Positions 28,615 through 37,121 of a stretch of 64,000 nucleotides of DNA are shown in pieces (position 1 is the stretch's first letter; the number at the start of each line of letters is the position of its first letter). This DNA is from an uncultured Gemmatimonadales bacterium (lineage in GTDB: Bacteria; Gemmatimonadota; Gemmatimonadetes; Gemmatimonadales; GWC2-71-9). The notes beneath the pieces were generated by a model. That model was not told the origin of the DNA and ran no database searches. It saw nothing but the letters and a program-made list of their open reading frames with translations. The position numbers were made by a program, and so were the translations under genes. Where the stretch lies: assembly GCA_963825055.1 (NCBI GenBank), contig CAWGSK010000002.1, positions 64,001 through 128,000 of the forward strand, given 5' to 3'.

Positions 28615-29747
28615 AGGGGCCGGTCGTAGAACCGGTAGGTCTTGTAGACCGAAAAGCCCATCTTTTCGAGGCCGGCATTCATGGCGGGGTTGTCTTCCAG
28701 GATCCAGCCCGCCTCGCCCCAGTGGATGTTGTAGTCCTCGCTCTTGGTCCAGATCCAGTTGTAGAGCATCGCGTCAATGCCCTTCCCGCGGTACTCGGGA
28801 AGGATGCCGAGCAGGAGGATGCGGAGGCGGGGGATCTTCCGTCGCTTGAGTGCCCAGAGCAGCTCGAGCGCCGCCGGGAGCATGCGCCCCGAGCGGTGCT
28901 TGCGGAAGACGACATTGAAATCGGGGAGGCAGAGGCCGAAGCCGACCACCTTTCCGTCCACCTCCGCGAACGGAACGAGGTCAGGGTTCACCACCGGCTT
29001 GAACTGCTCGGCGAGGTGGTCGATCTCGTGGTCGGTCATGGGAACGAAGCCCCAGTTGCTTTCCCATGCGGCGTTGTACAGCCGCTTGACCGTTTCGACC
29101 TCCTCCTTGAACCGCCTGATGTTCAGGGGCCGCAGCGTCACCCCCAGCCGCTTGCGCATGAGCTCGGTGCCGCGGGTCAGGCGCTCAGGCATGGGGATGT
29201 GGTGCGACTCCTCCCCGCCCTGGTAGACCAGCAGGTTCTTGGCGGCGGAAAACCCGGCCCGTTCGACCAGGTCAACATAGTACGGCGGGTTGTGCGGCAT
29301 CATCACTGCGGGCGGCTTGTCGAACCCATCCACCAGGAGGCCGCACTCGTCGTTCACGGAGAAGGAGGCCGGGCCCCGCAGCACATCGTGCCCGTGCGCC
29401 CGGCACCACTCGGCTGCGCGGTCCAGCAGGGCATCCGCCACGGCCTGGTCGTCGATGGACTCGAAGAACCCGAAGAAGCCGACCTGGTCCTGGTGGACCT
29501 CGTTGTGCAGCCGGTTGGTGATGGCGGCGATGCGGCCGACGACCGTACCTTCGCGCTCGGCGAGGAAGTACTCCGCCTCGCCGTGCTCGAAAAAGGGATT
29601 CCTGGTCCGGGAGAGGAGGGTCTTCACGTCCCGACGCAGCGGCGGGACCCAGAGCGGGTCCCGCGCATGCAGCCGGTAGGGCAGGTCAATGAACTGCCTG
29701 AGGTCGCGGGCGGACTCGACGGCCCGGACCCGGATCGGCGGGGTCAG
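28611..29747 (-). CDS. Tandem GNAT-fold acyltransferase; probable bacterial ceramide synthase (start inferred, CTG)
   Basis: GFFGFFE, GP.SFSVNDECGLLVDGF, MMPHNPPYY, WILEDN..YKTYR; directly downstream of spt. Confidence 0.8.
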   Translation of the reverse strand: MTPPIRVRAVESARDLRQFIDLPYRLHARDPLWVPPLRRDVKTLLSRTRNPFFEHGEAEYFLAEREGTVVGRIAAITNRLHNEVHQDQVGFFGFFESIDDQAVADALLDRAAEWCRAHGHDVLRGPASFSVNDECGLLVDGFDKPPAVMMPHNPPYYVDLVERAGFSAAKNLLVYQGGEESHHIPMPERLTRGTELMRKRLGVTLRPLNIRRFKEEVETVKRLYNAAWESNWGFVPMTDHEIDHLAEQFKPVVNPDLVPFAEVDGKVVGFGLCLPDFNVVFRKHRSGRMLPAALELLWALKRRKIPRLRILLLGILPEYRGKGIDAMLYNWIWTKSEDYNIHWGEAGWILEDNPAMNAGLEKMGFSVYKTYRFYDRPL

Positions 29748-30949
29748 ATGACCCCCAGTTCGCGTCCGATCCGGGCAAAGGTCTCGAGGCAGTAGTCGAT
29801 CTGGTCGAAGCTGTGCGTCGCCATGAGGCTCGTGCGGAGCCGGCATTGCGAGGCCGCGACCGCCGGGGGGGCCACCGGGTTGGTGAACACGCCGGCATCG
29901 AACAGCTTCCGCCACATCACGAAGGTCTTCTCCAGCGGGCCGATGAGGACGGGGACGATCGGGGTCTGCGTTGGCCCGATCTCGAAACCGAGGCTCCGGA
30001 AGCCTTCCTGCAGGCGATGGGTATTGGCCCAGAGCTGCGTGCGCCGCTCCGGTTCCTGCTGCAGGACCTCCAGGGCGGCGAGCACACCGGCGGTATTGGC
30101 CGGGGGAAGCGACGCCGTGAAGATCAGCGGCCGGCTGTGGTGCCGCAGGTAGTGGATGATGTTCTCGGTGGCGACCACGAACCCGCCGATGGAGGCCAGG
30201 GACTTGGAGAACGTCCCGGCGATCAGGTCGACATCGTCGGTCATGCCGAAGTGGGCGGCCGTGCCGTCGCCCTTCGGGCCCAGGACGCCGATGGAATGCG
30301 CGTCGTCGATCGCGAGGGCGGCGCCATGGCGGCGGGCAGCTGCCGAGAGCCCGGGCACGTCGGCGATGTCGCCCTCCATGCTGTAGACACCGTCCACGAT
30401 GATCATCGAGCCGCCGTTGGGGCGCTCGCGCTCGAGCTTCCGCTCGAGGCCGGCCAGGTCGCCATGATTGAACCGGACGGTCTCTCCGTAGGACATCTTC
30501 GCGCCATCGACGATGGAAGCGTGGTCGAGCTTGTCCAGGAAGACCAGGTCACCCCGGCCGACCAGGCCCGAGATCAGGCCGAGGTTGGCGGAGTACCCGG
30601 TGGAGAAGACGAGGCAGGCTTCCTTGCCGAGGAACGTCGCGATCGCGTCTTCCAGCTGGCCGTGCAGGTCCAGCGTGCCATTCAGGAAGCGACTGCCGGT
30701 GCAGCCTGAACCGTAGCGCGTAAGCGCACGCTGGGCCGCCTCGAGGACCTTCGGATGATGCGTCAGGCCGAGGTAGTTGTTCGACCCCAGCATGATGCGC
30801 TTCTGGCCTTCGATCGTGACGACCGTGTCCTCGGACTCGCTGATCGGCTTGAAGTACGGATAGAGCCCAGCCGCCTGTACTTCGCGCGCTTTCGTGAACA
30901 GCCTGCACTTCTCAAAGAGCGCTACCTGTTGGAGCGTTTGGGTATCCAC
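29744..30949 (-). CDS. spt: Serine palmitoyltransferase (PLP alpha-oxoamine synthase)
   Basis: GSNNYLGL, GSRFLNGT, HASIVDG, DDAH, GTFSKSLASIGGF; operon context. Confidence 0.82.
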   Translation of the reverse strand: MDTQTLQQVALFEKCRLFTKAREVQAAGLYPYFKPISESEDTVVTIEGQKRIMLGSNNYLGLTHHPKVLEAAQRALTRYGSGCTGSRFLNGTLDLHGQLEDAIATFLGKEACLVFSTGYSANLGLISGLVGRGDLVFLDKLDHASIVDGAKMSYGETVRFNHGDLAGLERKLERERPNGGSMIIVDGVYSMEGDIADVPGLSAAARRHGAALAIDDAHSIGVLGPKGDGTAAHFGMTDDVDLIAGTFSKSLASIGGFVVATENIIHYLRHHSRPLIFTASLPPANTAGVLAALEVLQQEPERRTQLWANTHRLQEGFRSLGFEIGPTQTPIVPVLIGPLEKTFVMWRKLFDAGVFTNPVAPPAVAASQCRLRTSLMATHSFDQIDYCLETFARIGRELGVI

Positions 30950-31222
30950 AATACCTCTGGCTGATTTAAGGGCTGCTCGGACCGCTCGACATTGAGCCAC
31001 ATCAGTTTAGCCATCGGCGAGCAGGGGCACAAGGTTTTGCACGCCTCAAATATGTCCTGTACCGGGGACAGAATTTATATCCGGTTTACCGAATATGGGC
31101 GTGTTCCGTGCCAGCGGCCCTCTGCCGGACGTCCTGAGAGTGTTGACACCTGTTTGAGCGGGCAGGGTTTTCCTACATTCCCTGAGCAGGCTTTGCTTTC
31201 CAATTGACATGTGGAGCCCCGG

Positions 31223-33436
31223 ATGGATCCGTTGCGACGACTTGCCATCGCTGCCGTTTTCTGTGTCCCGGTCTTCCTGCCCGCGGCGGCCCGTGCCCAG
31301 CGTCCGGGCGCCGAGATCGGCCGGTTCGAGGTGCCCGGCATGGACTTCCGGGCGCACGGAGCCTGGCGGGACAAGGTCGCGCGGGTCCGCGAGGCGCGCG
31401 CCGCCCTGCTGGCATCCCGCTCCTTCGGTCAGTTGAACGCCTCGGCCGGCGTCCCCGGGGCGTTCCAGGTCACCGGCTCGTATAATGTGCCCGTGGTACT
31501 GGTCCAGCCGGCCGGTACGGGCGCAGCTCCCTTCCCGGTCACGCTGTATCAGCAACTCCTCTTCGGTGCGGGACCACTCCCCGGGCTGGCGTACTCGCTC
31601 AAGACGTTCTACGAGGATTTGTCGAACGGACTGATCACGATGGACGGCACCGTCTTCGACTGGATCCACTTGTCCCAGTCCGACACTTACTACGAGGACG
31701 GGTGCAACGGGATCGGGGTGAACAACAGTTGCCCCAACGGCGGGGCTCGGTTTGCGGAGATGCTGGTGGAAGCGCTTGACAGCGTGTCCCGCCGGAGTGA
31801 CTCGGCCACGGTCTGGGCCTCGTACGACAACGACGGACCGGACGGCGTCCCCAACTCGGGTGACGACGACGGGATCGTGGACTTCGTGACTTTTCTCCAG
31901 CCGGAGGTCGATGGAGCCTGTGGTACCGCGCACATCTGGGCCCACCGCTACGTGATGCGGGGCTGGCTTGGGGGCTCGCCCTACCAGACCCGGACGCCGA
32001 GCGCCAACGGCGGGTTCATCGCGGTGGATGACTACACGATGCAGAGCGCCGTCGGGGGCAACAACTCCTGTACCGCCGCGGGGTACATGCCGGTGGGCAC
32101 CGTTGCGCATGAGACCGGCCACGCTTTCGGGCTGCCGGACCTGTACGACACAAGCGGCAACGGGCAGGGTATCGGGGAGTGGGGGCTCATGGGGAGTGGC
32201 AACTATGCCACGCCCTTCAGTCCCGCCCGGATGAGCGCCTGGTCCCTCCTCCAGCTCGGCTGGATCACGGCTGTCCCGGTGTCGACGAGCCAGACCGTTA
32301 CGCTGAATCCGGTTGCTTCAAGTGATACGGCGTACGTGGTTGCGCCCTCGGCCGGGGAGTACTGGATTCTGTCCAACCGTCAGGCCCAGGAGAGTGACAC
32401 CGCCATGATGAACCCGGCCTTCAGCCGGGCCAAGGAGCCGGGCCTGCTGGTCTGGCATATCGACCAGAACAAGATCAATGCAGGGGCGCCGTCCAACGCC
32501 GTGAACGTCGGTACGGTGCAGGGAGTCAAGCTGGAGCAGGCCGACGGGCGGGAGCAGCTTCAGGCGACAACCGGCGGCAACCGGGGCGATGCCGGAGATC
32601 CCTTCCCGGGAAGCAGTGCCAAAACGCGGTACTCCTACTCCACCACGCCGGCCTCCCGGTTCAACTCGGGAACCCCCTCGGGGTTCGTCCTCGACAATAT
32701 CGTCCAGCAGAGCCCGGGCGGGGCCATGCAGTTCGATTTCATAGCGGGCGAGCCGACGCTCGTCATTCGCCCCGACCGGTCACCGCTCCGGGTCAAGGTC
32801 GGAGGCTTCCAGTACACCACGTTCGTGGACCTCTTCCCCAGCGGTGTGTCGGTCAACATCAGCACGGACTCGATCCAGACGGTGAGCGGCGGGCGGACGC
32901 GGGCCGCGTTCCAGTCCTGGAGTAATGGCGGGCCCTTGTCGCAGGTGGTGACGACTTCGTCGACCGTCGATACGATCACCGCCTCGTTCGGTATCGAGAA
33001 CATCATCAAGGTGGACCATTCCAGCGGCGGGACCGTGACGGCCTCCACCACGGCGGGTCCCCTGGCGGGGGACTTCACGGCCGGGGTATTCCTGGCCGAG
33101 AACACGCCCGTCACCCTGACGATCACCCTGGGAGCTGGCGAAACTTTCCACGGCTGGACCGGTGACACCGTGACGTCGAACCCCACCGTGGTACTGCCGA
33201 TGAGCCGCGGGTATATCCTGACCGCCAACGTGCTGGCGACGGTCACGGTTGCGACGAACGATGCGGTCCAGGACATCCTCGGCACGCCGACGCTCACGGT
33301 CCAGCAGAAGACCTTCCTCGACCAGCTCGGGAACAACAACGGGATCTACGACCTCGGCGACTTCCTCGCCTTCGCCGACCGGAACGGCCTCAACCCCGCG
33401 CCCGTGCTCCAGCGCCTCGCGGGACGGAAGGAGTAA
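31223..33436 (+). CDS. Secreted M6-family (immune inhibitor A-like) metalloprotease with beta-rich repeats and dockerin-like tail
   Basis: Signal peptide; YDNDGPDG.PNSGDDDG.VD, HETGHAFGLPDLYD, WGLMGSG, GLLVWHID. Confidence 0.9.
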   Translation: MDPLRRLAIAAVFCVPVFLPAAARAQRPGAEIGRFEVPGMDFRAHGAWRDKVARVREARAALLASRSFGQLNASAGVPGAFQVTGSYNVPVVLVQPAGTGAAPFPVTLYQQLLFGAGPLPGLAYSLKTFYEDLSNGLITMDGTVFDWIHLSQSDTYYEDGCNGIGVNNSCPNGGARFAEMLVEALDSVSRRSDSATVWASYDNDGPDGVPNSGDDDGIVDFVTFLQPEVDGACGTAHIWAHRYVMRGWLGGSPYQTRTPSANGGFIAVDDYTMQSAVGGNNSCTAAGYMPVGTVAHETGHAFGLPDLYDTSGNGQGIGEWGLMGSGNYATPFSPARMSAWSLLQLGWITAVPVSTSQTVTLNPVASSDTAYVVAPSAGEYWILSNRQAQESDTAMMNPAFSRAKEPGLLVWHIDQNKINAGAPSNAVNVGTVQGVKLEQADGREQLQATTGGNRGDAGDPFPGSSAKTRYSYSTTPASRFNSGTPSGFVLDNIVQQSPGGAMQFDFIAGEPTLVIRPDRSPLRVKVGGFQYTTFVDLFPSGVSVNISTDSIQTVSGGRTRAAFQSWSNGGPLSQVVTTSSTVDTITASFGIENIIKVDHSSGGTVTASTTAGPLAGDFTAGVFLAENTPVTLTITLGAGETFHGWTGDTVTSNPTVVLPMSRGYILTANVLATVTVATNDAVQDILGTPTLTVQQKTFLDQLGNNNGIYDLGDFLAFADRNGLNPAPVLQRLAGRKE

Positions 33437-33441
33437 CACCG

Positions 33442-33828
33442 ATGCGACGCACCGTGCTGCCTATCGCCCTGCTCGCCGCCCTCGCATGCGGCGGTGACGG
33501 TACCGGGCCGGGCGGCCCGACACCGGGACAGCTCACCATCCAGCTCAATACGTCGAGCACGAGCGTCGGCGCACTGATGTTCCTGGTCCGGGGTGGTCCG
33601 GTGGATAGCGTGAGCAGCACCTACAGCAGGTACGACGCCGATGCGGCGGGGGGAAACCACCGGATCATCGTGACGGGCAACATTGTGGCCGGCCCTGTGG
33701 CCACGATCCACGTTCCCGATACCCGCGAAGCTGGGAGCTACAGCGCGACGGTGGAGCAGGCGGCCACGCGGCAGACCTATGGGCTCCAGAGCGCCTCGAC
33801 GTTTACGATGACGGTGGTGGGGCAGTAG
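33442..33828 (+). CDS. Small lipoprotein, predicted all-beta (cohesin-like) domain
   Basis: AGGAG RBS; lipobox AALAC; starts 5 nt after the protease stop. Confidence 0.75.
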   Translation: MRRTVLPIALLAALACGGDGTGPGGPTPGQLTIQLNTSSTSVGALMFLVRGGPVDSVSSTYSRYDADAAGGNHRIIVTGNIVAGPVATIHVPDTREAGSYSATVEQAATRQTYGLQSASTFTMTVVGQ

Positions 33829-33910
33829 GGGGGAAGGCAGTAGGGAGTAGGCAAGGTGGCAAGGGGGCAAGGGGGTAATCCCTACTCCCTACTGCCTACT
33901 CCCTGCTTAC
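33824..33910. repeat. Inverted heptamer repeats (GTAGGGA/GGCAAGG ... CCTACTC/CCTACTG)
   Basis: Seen directly between the lipoprotein stop and the tRNA 3' end. Confidence 0.7.
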
Positions 33911-33912
33911 TA

Positions 33913-33985
33913 TGGAGCGGAGGGGAATCGAACCCCTGACCTCATGCTTGCAAAGCACGCGCTCTCCCAACTGAGCTACCGCCCC
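33913..33985 (-). tRNA. tRNA-Ala(TGC), CCA not encoded
   Basis: GGGGCGG/CCGCTCC acceptor stem with G3:U70, anticodon loop TTTGCAA, GGTTCGA T-loop; TATAAT 11 nt upstream. Confidence 0.95.
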
Positions 33986-34071
33986 CGGTGGCGGGGATTA
34001 TACAGGCCACCCCCGGGCTGACGCCACCCTCCCGGCTGCCCCATCGCGCTTCCCCAGATACATTGTGGCGC

Positions 34072-35625
34072 ATGCTGACCGTCACGCGCCTGTTCCTTAT
34101 CCTCCTGGCCGTCACTCTGCTCCTTCCGGGCCGGCTGCCCCGTCGGCTGGGCGCCTTCGGCATGATCCTGGCCGGTTTCGCGGGGGCCGCCTTCTCCGCG
34201 CGGCTGGGGACGCGCCCCATGGCCGACCTCGTGACGACGGCACGGCTCGAAGGGGTCCCGCCGGGGTTTCTCGCCATTACGACGGGTCTGCTGTTCGCCG
34301 GCGTGATCGTCCTGGGCATCGCTGCCGTGACCGACCTGGCCACCAACGCGCCTGAACGCCGGCGCGCGCTGATCGCGGTGGTGGCCTGGGGTGGGGCCGC
34401 GTTTCTCGCCTGGCGGGACGCCGGCCCGCTCGCCGTCCGCACGGGATGGGGCGCCACGCTGGCGGACGGGGCGCTTGTCACCGCCGGGATTGCCGCGGTC
34501 GTTGCCATCCTGTACCTGGCGCGTCTCGATCGGGGCCTCGCCTGGCTCGACGACCGGCTTCTCGCTCCGCCACGGCCGGTGCCGCCGGCGGGTTGGCTCG
34601 TACTCGACCTGGTCCTGGCCCTGACTGGACTGCTGGCGGCCCTGGTCGTCCTGCTCTCCGGCCGCCTGGACCTCGTGCTTGCAGCCGCGCTCATCCTGAC
34701 CGTTGCGGCCCATCTCCTGTCGTGGCGGCGCGGCGGCGGCACGCCAGTGCCGGTGCTCCCTGTCTTTGCCGTCGCCCTGGTACCGTTCGGCTTTCTCGCG
34801 CTGTCCATCGCGGGGACCGGGCCGTCGCTCTCCCTGCTCGCGCAGGGATCGTTCAGTGGCACGGCCGAGCGACTGATAGCCGGCCTCCTTCTGGTAGTGG
34901 TCGTGGCATTCGCCGGACTGTGGCCGCTCCACGGCGTTGTACCGGGGCGATGGGTCCTGCCGATCGGCGCCGTACTGCTGTGGCGGGTCGGCGTGCCGAT
35001 CGTGCCCGAGGGCGTGGCCCACTGGGCCCCGCTGGTATTCCCGGTCGTGGCCGTGAGCGTGTGGCGTGCCGCCGCCCGCCGGCATCTGCCCGAGCTCTTC
35101 GCGGCGCTGGCGGTGCTGAGCGCTGCCAGTGTTCTGCCTCCCGGCCTCACCGGGGCGCGCTGGCTTGCGCTGGCCTGCGTGTTGTTCCTGGGGCTGGATG
35201 CGCTGGAGGCGGGGAGCCGTGTCGTGGCGGGGCTGCGGCGGCTGGCCTGGCTGGTGCCGGCCTGGGGAATGCTGCTGGCGATAACGGCCGGGCTCGAAAG
35301 CCAGGTGACCTATACGGTCGTCACGGTGCTCGGGCTGTGTGCGGGGGTGGCGTGGTCGTACCGGGAGTTGCCGCCGAGGCTTCGGGCGATGGCGCCGACT
35401 GCTGGGACTGGGGGCGGACGCAGCCGTGATCGAAGCCCGCCCAGGTCCAGCGCCAGGATCGTCACCACCAGTCCGGTAACCACCAGCAGCAGGGTGGGCA
35501 GCACCCAGCGCCGGCGCCTGCCGCTGGGGCGCCAGCCGTTCCGTCCCCGGTCCCCGGGGTTGAACCCCACCACGCGCTGCATTAATGAACCCTCCGCGCG
35601 GTCACGTGCCGCGACCGCTGACTGA
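34072..35625 (+). CDS. Polytopic membrane protein; true 3' end probably nearer 35360-35400
   Basis: Many hydrophobic helices; AGLWPLH weakly recalls NuoN/MrpD-like subunits; the tail overlaps an antisense ORF. Confidence 0.6.
   Translation: MLTVTRLFLILLAVTLLLPGRLPRRLGAFGMILAGFAGAAFSARLGTRPMADLVTTARLEGVPPGFLAITTGLLFAGVIVLGIAAVTDLATNAPERRRALIAVVAWGGAAFLAWRDAGPLAVRTGWGATLADGALVTAGIAAVVAILYLARLDRGLAWLDDRLLAPPRPVPPAGWLVLDLVLALTGLLAALVVLLSGRLDLVLAAALILTVAAHLLSWRRGGGTPVPVLPVFAVALVPFGFLALSIAGTGPSLSLLAQGSFSGTAERLIAGLLLVVVVAFAGLWPLHGVVPGRWVLPIGAVLLWRVGVPIVPEGVAHWAPLVFPVVAVSVWRAAARRHLPELFAALAVLSAASVLPPGLTGARWLALACVLFLGLDALEAGSRVVAGLRRLAWLVPAWGMLLAITAGLESQVTYTVVTVLGLCAGVAWSYRELPPRLRAMAPTAGTGGGRSRDRSPPRSSARIVTTSPVTTSSRVGSTQRRRLPLGRQPFRPRSPGLNPTTRCINEPSARSRAATAD
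35310..35582 (-). CDS. Small single-TM hypothetical protein
   Basis: GAGGG RBS then ATG; basic N-terminus followed by WVLPTLLLVVTGLVVTILAL. Confidence 0.45.
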   Translation of the reverse strand: MQRVVGFNPGDRGRNGWRPSGRRRRWVLPTLLLVVTGLVVTILALDLGGLRSRLRPPPVPAVGAIARSLGGNSRYDHATPAHSPSTVTTV

Positions 35626-35778
35626 GAGTTACTTTGTTTCATAAAGTTCCGCAAGGCCGGAATTTCGCGAGCCGGTGCCGGGTGTGACGCAGCGCGTTGA
35701 CCGCGATCGGCGCGTGGGTCCATATTGCCGGTTCTGGCGCAAGAGAAAATGCCATCCCGTTGAGAGGAGTCCGCAGCA

Positions 35779-36393
35779 ATGCCATTCACGTGTCCCCCCC
35801 TGCCATACGACTACAATGCCCTGGAGCCGCACATCGATGAGCAGACGATGCGCCTCCACCACGACAAGCACCATCAGGGGTACGTCGACAAGCTCAATGC
35901 CGCGCTCGAGGGTCACAAGGATCTCGCGCAGAAGTCCGTCGAGGAACTCCTGAGTAACCTGGACGACCTCCCGGACGACATCCGGACCGCCGTCCGCAAC
36001 AATGGTGGTGGTCACGCCAACCACTCCCTGTTCTGGGAGATCATGACACCCGGCGGCGCCACCGAACCGGTGGGCGCCCTTGCTCAGGCTGTCTCGGATA
36101 CGTTCGGTGGGTTCGCGAAGTTCAAGGAAGAATTCGCGAAGGCCGCCGGCAGCCGCTTCGGAAGCGGTTGGGGCTGGCTGTCCCTGGGGAAGAACGGGGC
36201 GCTCGTTATCGAGAGCACGCCGAACCAGGACACGCCCCTGATGGCAGGCAAGGTCCCCGTGATGGGCGTGGACGTCTGGGAGCACGCCTACTACCTGCAC
36301 TACCAGAACCGCCGGCCCGACTACCTGGCGGCCTGGTGGAATGTGGTGAACTGGACGGTGATCGCGAAGCGCTACGACAGCGTGCGCGGCTAG
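35779..36393 (+). CDS. sodA: Superoxide dismutase, Mn/Fe family (Mn-type signature)
   Basis: [23 protein letters not shown]. Confidence 0.95.
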   Translation: MPFTCPPLPYDYNALEPHIDEQTMRLHHDKHHQGYVDKLNAALEGHKDLAQKSVEELLSNLDDLPDDIRTAVRNNGGGHANHSLFWEIMTPGGATEPVGALAQAVSDTFGGFAKFKEEFAKAAGSRFGSGWGWLSLGKNGALVIESTPNQDTPLMAGKVPVMGVDVWEHAYYLHYQNRRPDYLAAWWNVVNWTVIAKRYDSVRG

Positions 36394-36394
36394 C

Positions 36395-36853
36395 ATGCAG
36401 CTTCCTGAGGTCGGCACGCCGGCGCCCGGCTTCACCCTTCCCTCCACCGCCGGGGAAGAGGTGACGCTTTCCGGCCTCCGCGGCCGGAAGGTTCTCCTGG
36501 CGTTCTTCCCGCTGGCGTTCACCAGTGTGTGCACCGCGGAACTCTGTGCGTTCACCGAGGTCTATGACCGGTTCGTCGACCAGGACACCGTCGTGCTTCC
36601 CATCAGCGTGGACTCCATCCCCACGCTCCGGGAATTCAAGAAGAAGGAAGGGCTGGGGGTGGAACTGCTGAGTGATTTCCGGCGTGAGGTCTCCCGGTCC
36701 TACGGGGCCCTGCTGGAGGACAGGTTTCATTCCGGTCGGGCCTATGTCCTGATCGACCGGGAGGGGATCGTGCGGTGGGTCCATGGCGAGGAAACGACGG
36801 GGGCCCGGCGCGAGAATGCTGACCTTCTGAAGGAGATCGCTGCGATTCCCTGA
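36395..36853 (+). CDS. Peroxiredoxin, AhpE/BCP-like
   Basis: FFPLAFTSVCTAELC, LLSDF, RAYVLID. Confidence 0.9.
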   Translation: MQLPEVGTPAPGFTLPSTAGEEVTLSGLRGRKVLLAFFPLAFTSVCTAELCAFTEVYDRFVDQDTVVLPISVDSIPTLREFKKKEGLGVELLSDFRREVSRSYGALLEDRFHSGRAYVLIDREGIVRWVHGEETTGARRENADLLKEIAAIP

Positions 36854-37121
36854 AATCCCTCATTCGCCGGCCCATGCATAATGCCTTCCCCGCTCGCGGG
36901 GCCTTCAACCGCCGCAGGCATTCAAGTGCTTGCGGCGGCTGGCTTTATGGCTTGTGCATGCCCGTGCATGAAGCTTGCCGTGGAGGCATGGGAAGACCAT
37001 CCACGGCGGATTCCGCGGCCGGCGTGGCGCGGGTTGGGCAGCCCGTCCTCAAGTCGTTGGCAGCCCTGCCGATAACGACAGCAACGGGAACGGGCCCGGT
37101 GGGCCGGACGCAGGGGCAGAC

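Noticed and set aside
30960..33985. Genomic island integrated at tRNA-Ala
   Set aside because: No integrase and no duplicated tRNA 3' end seen; the lower-GC patch at 30960-31210 fits a divergent promoter region
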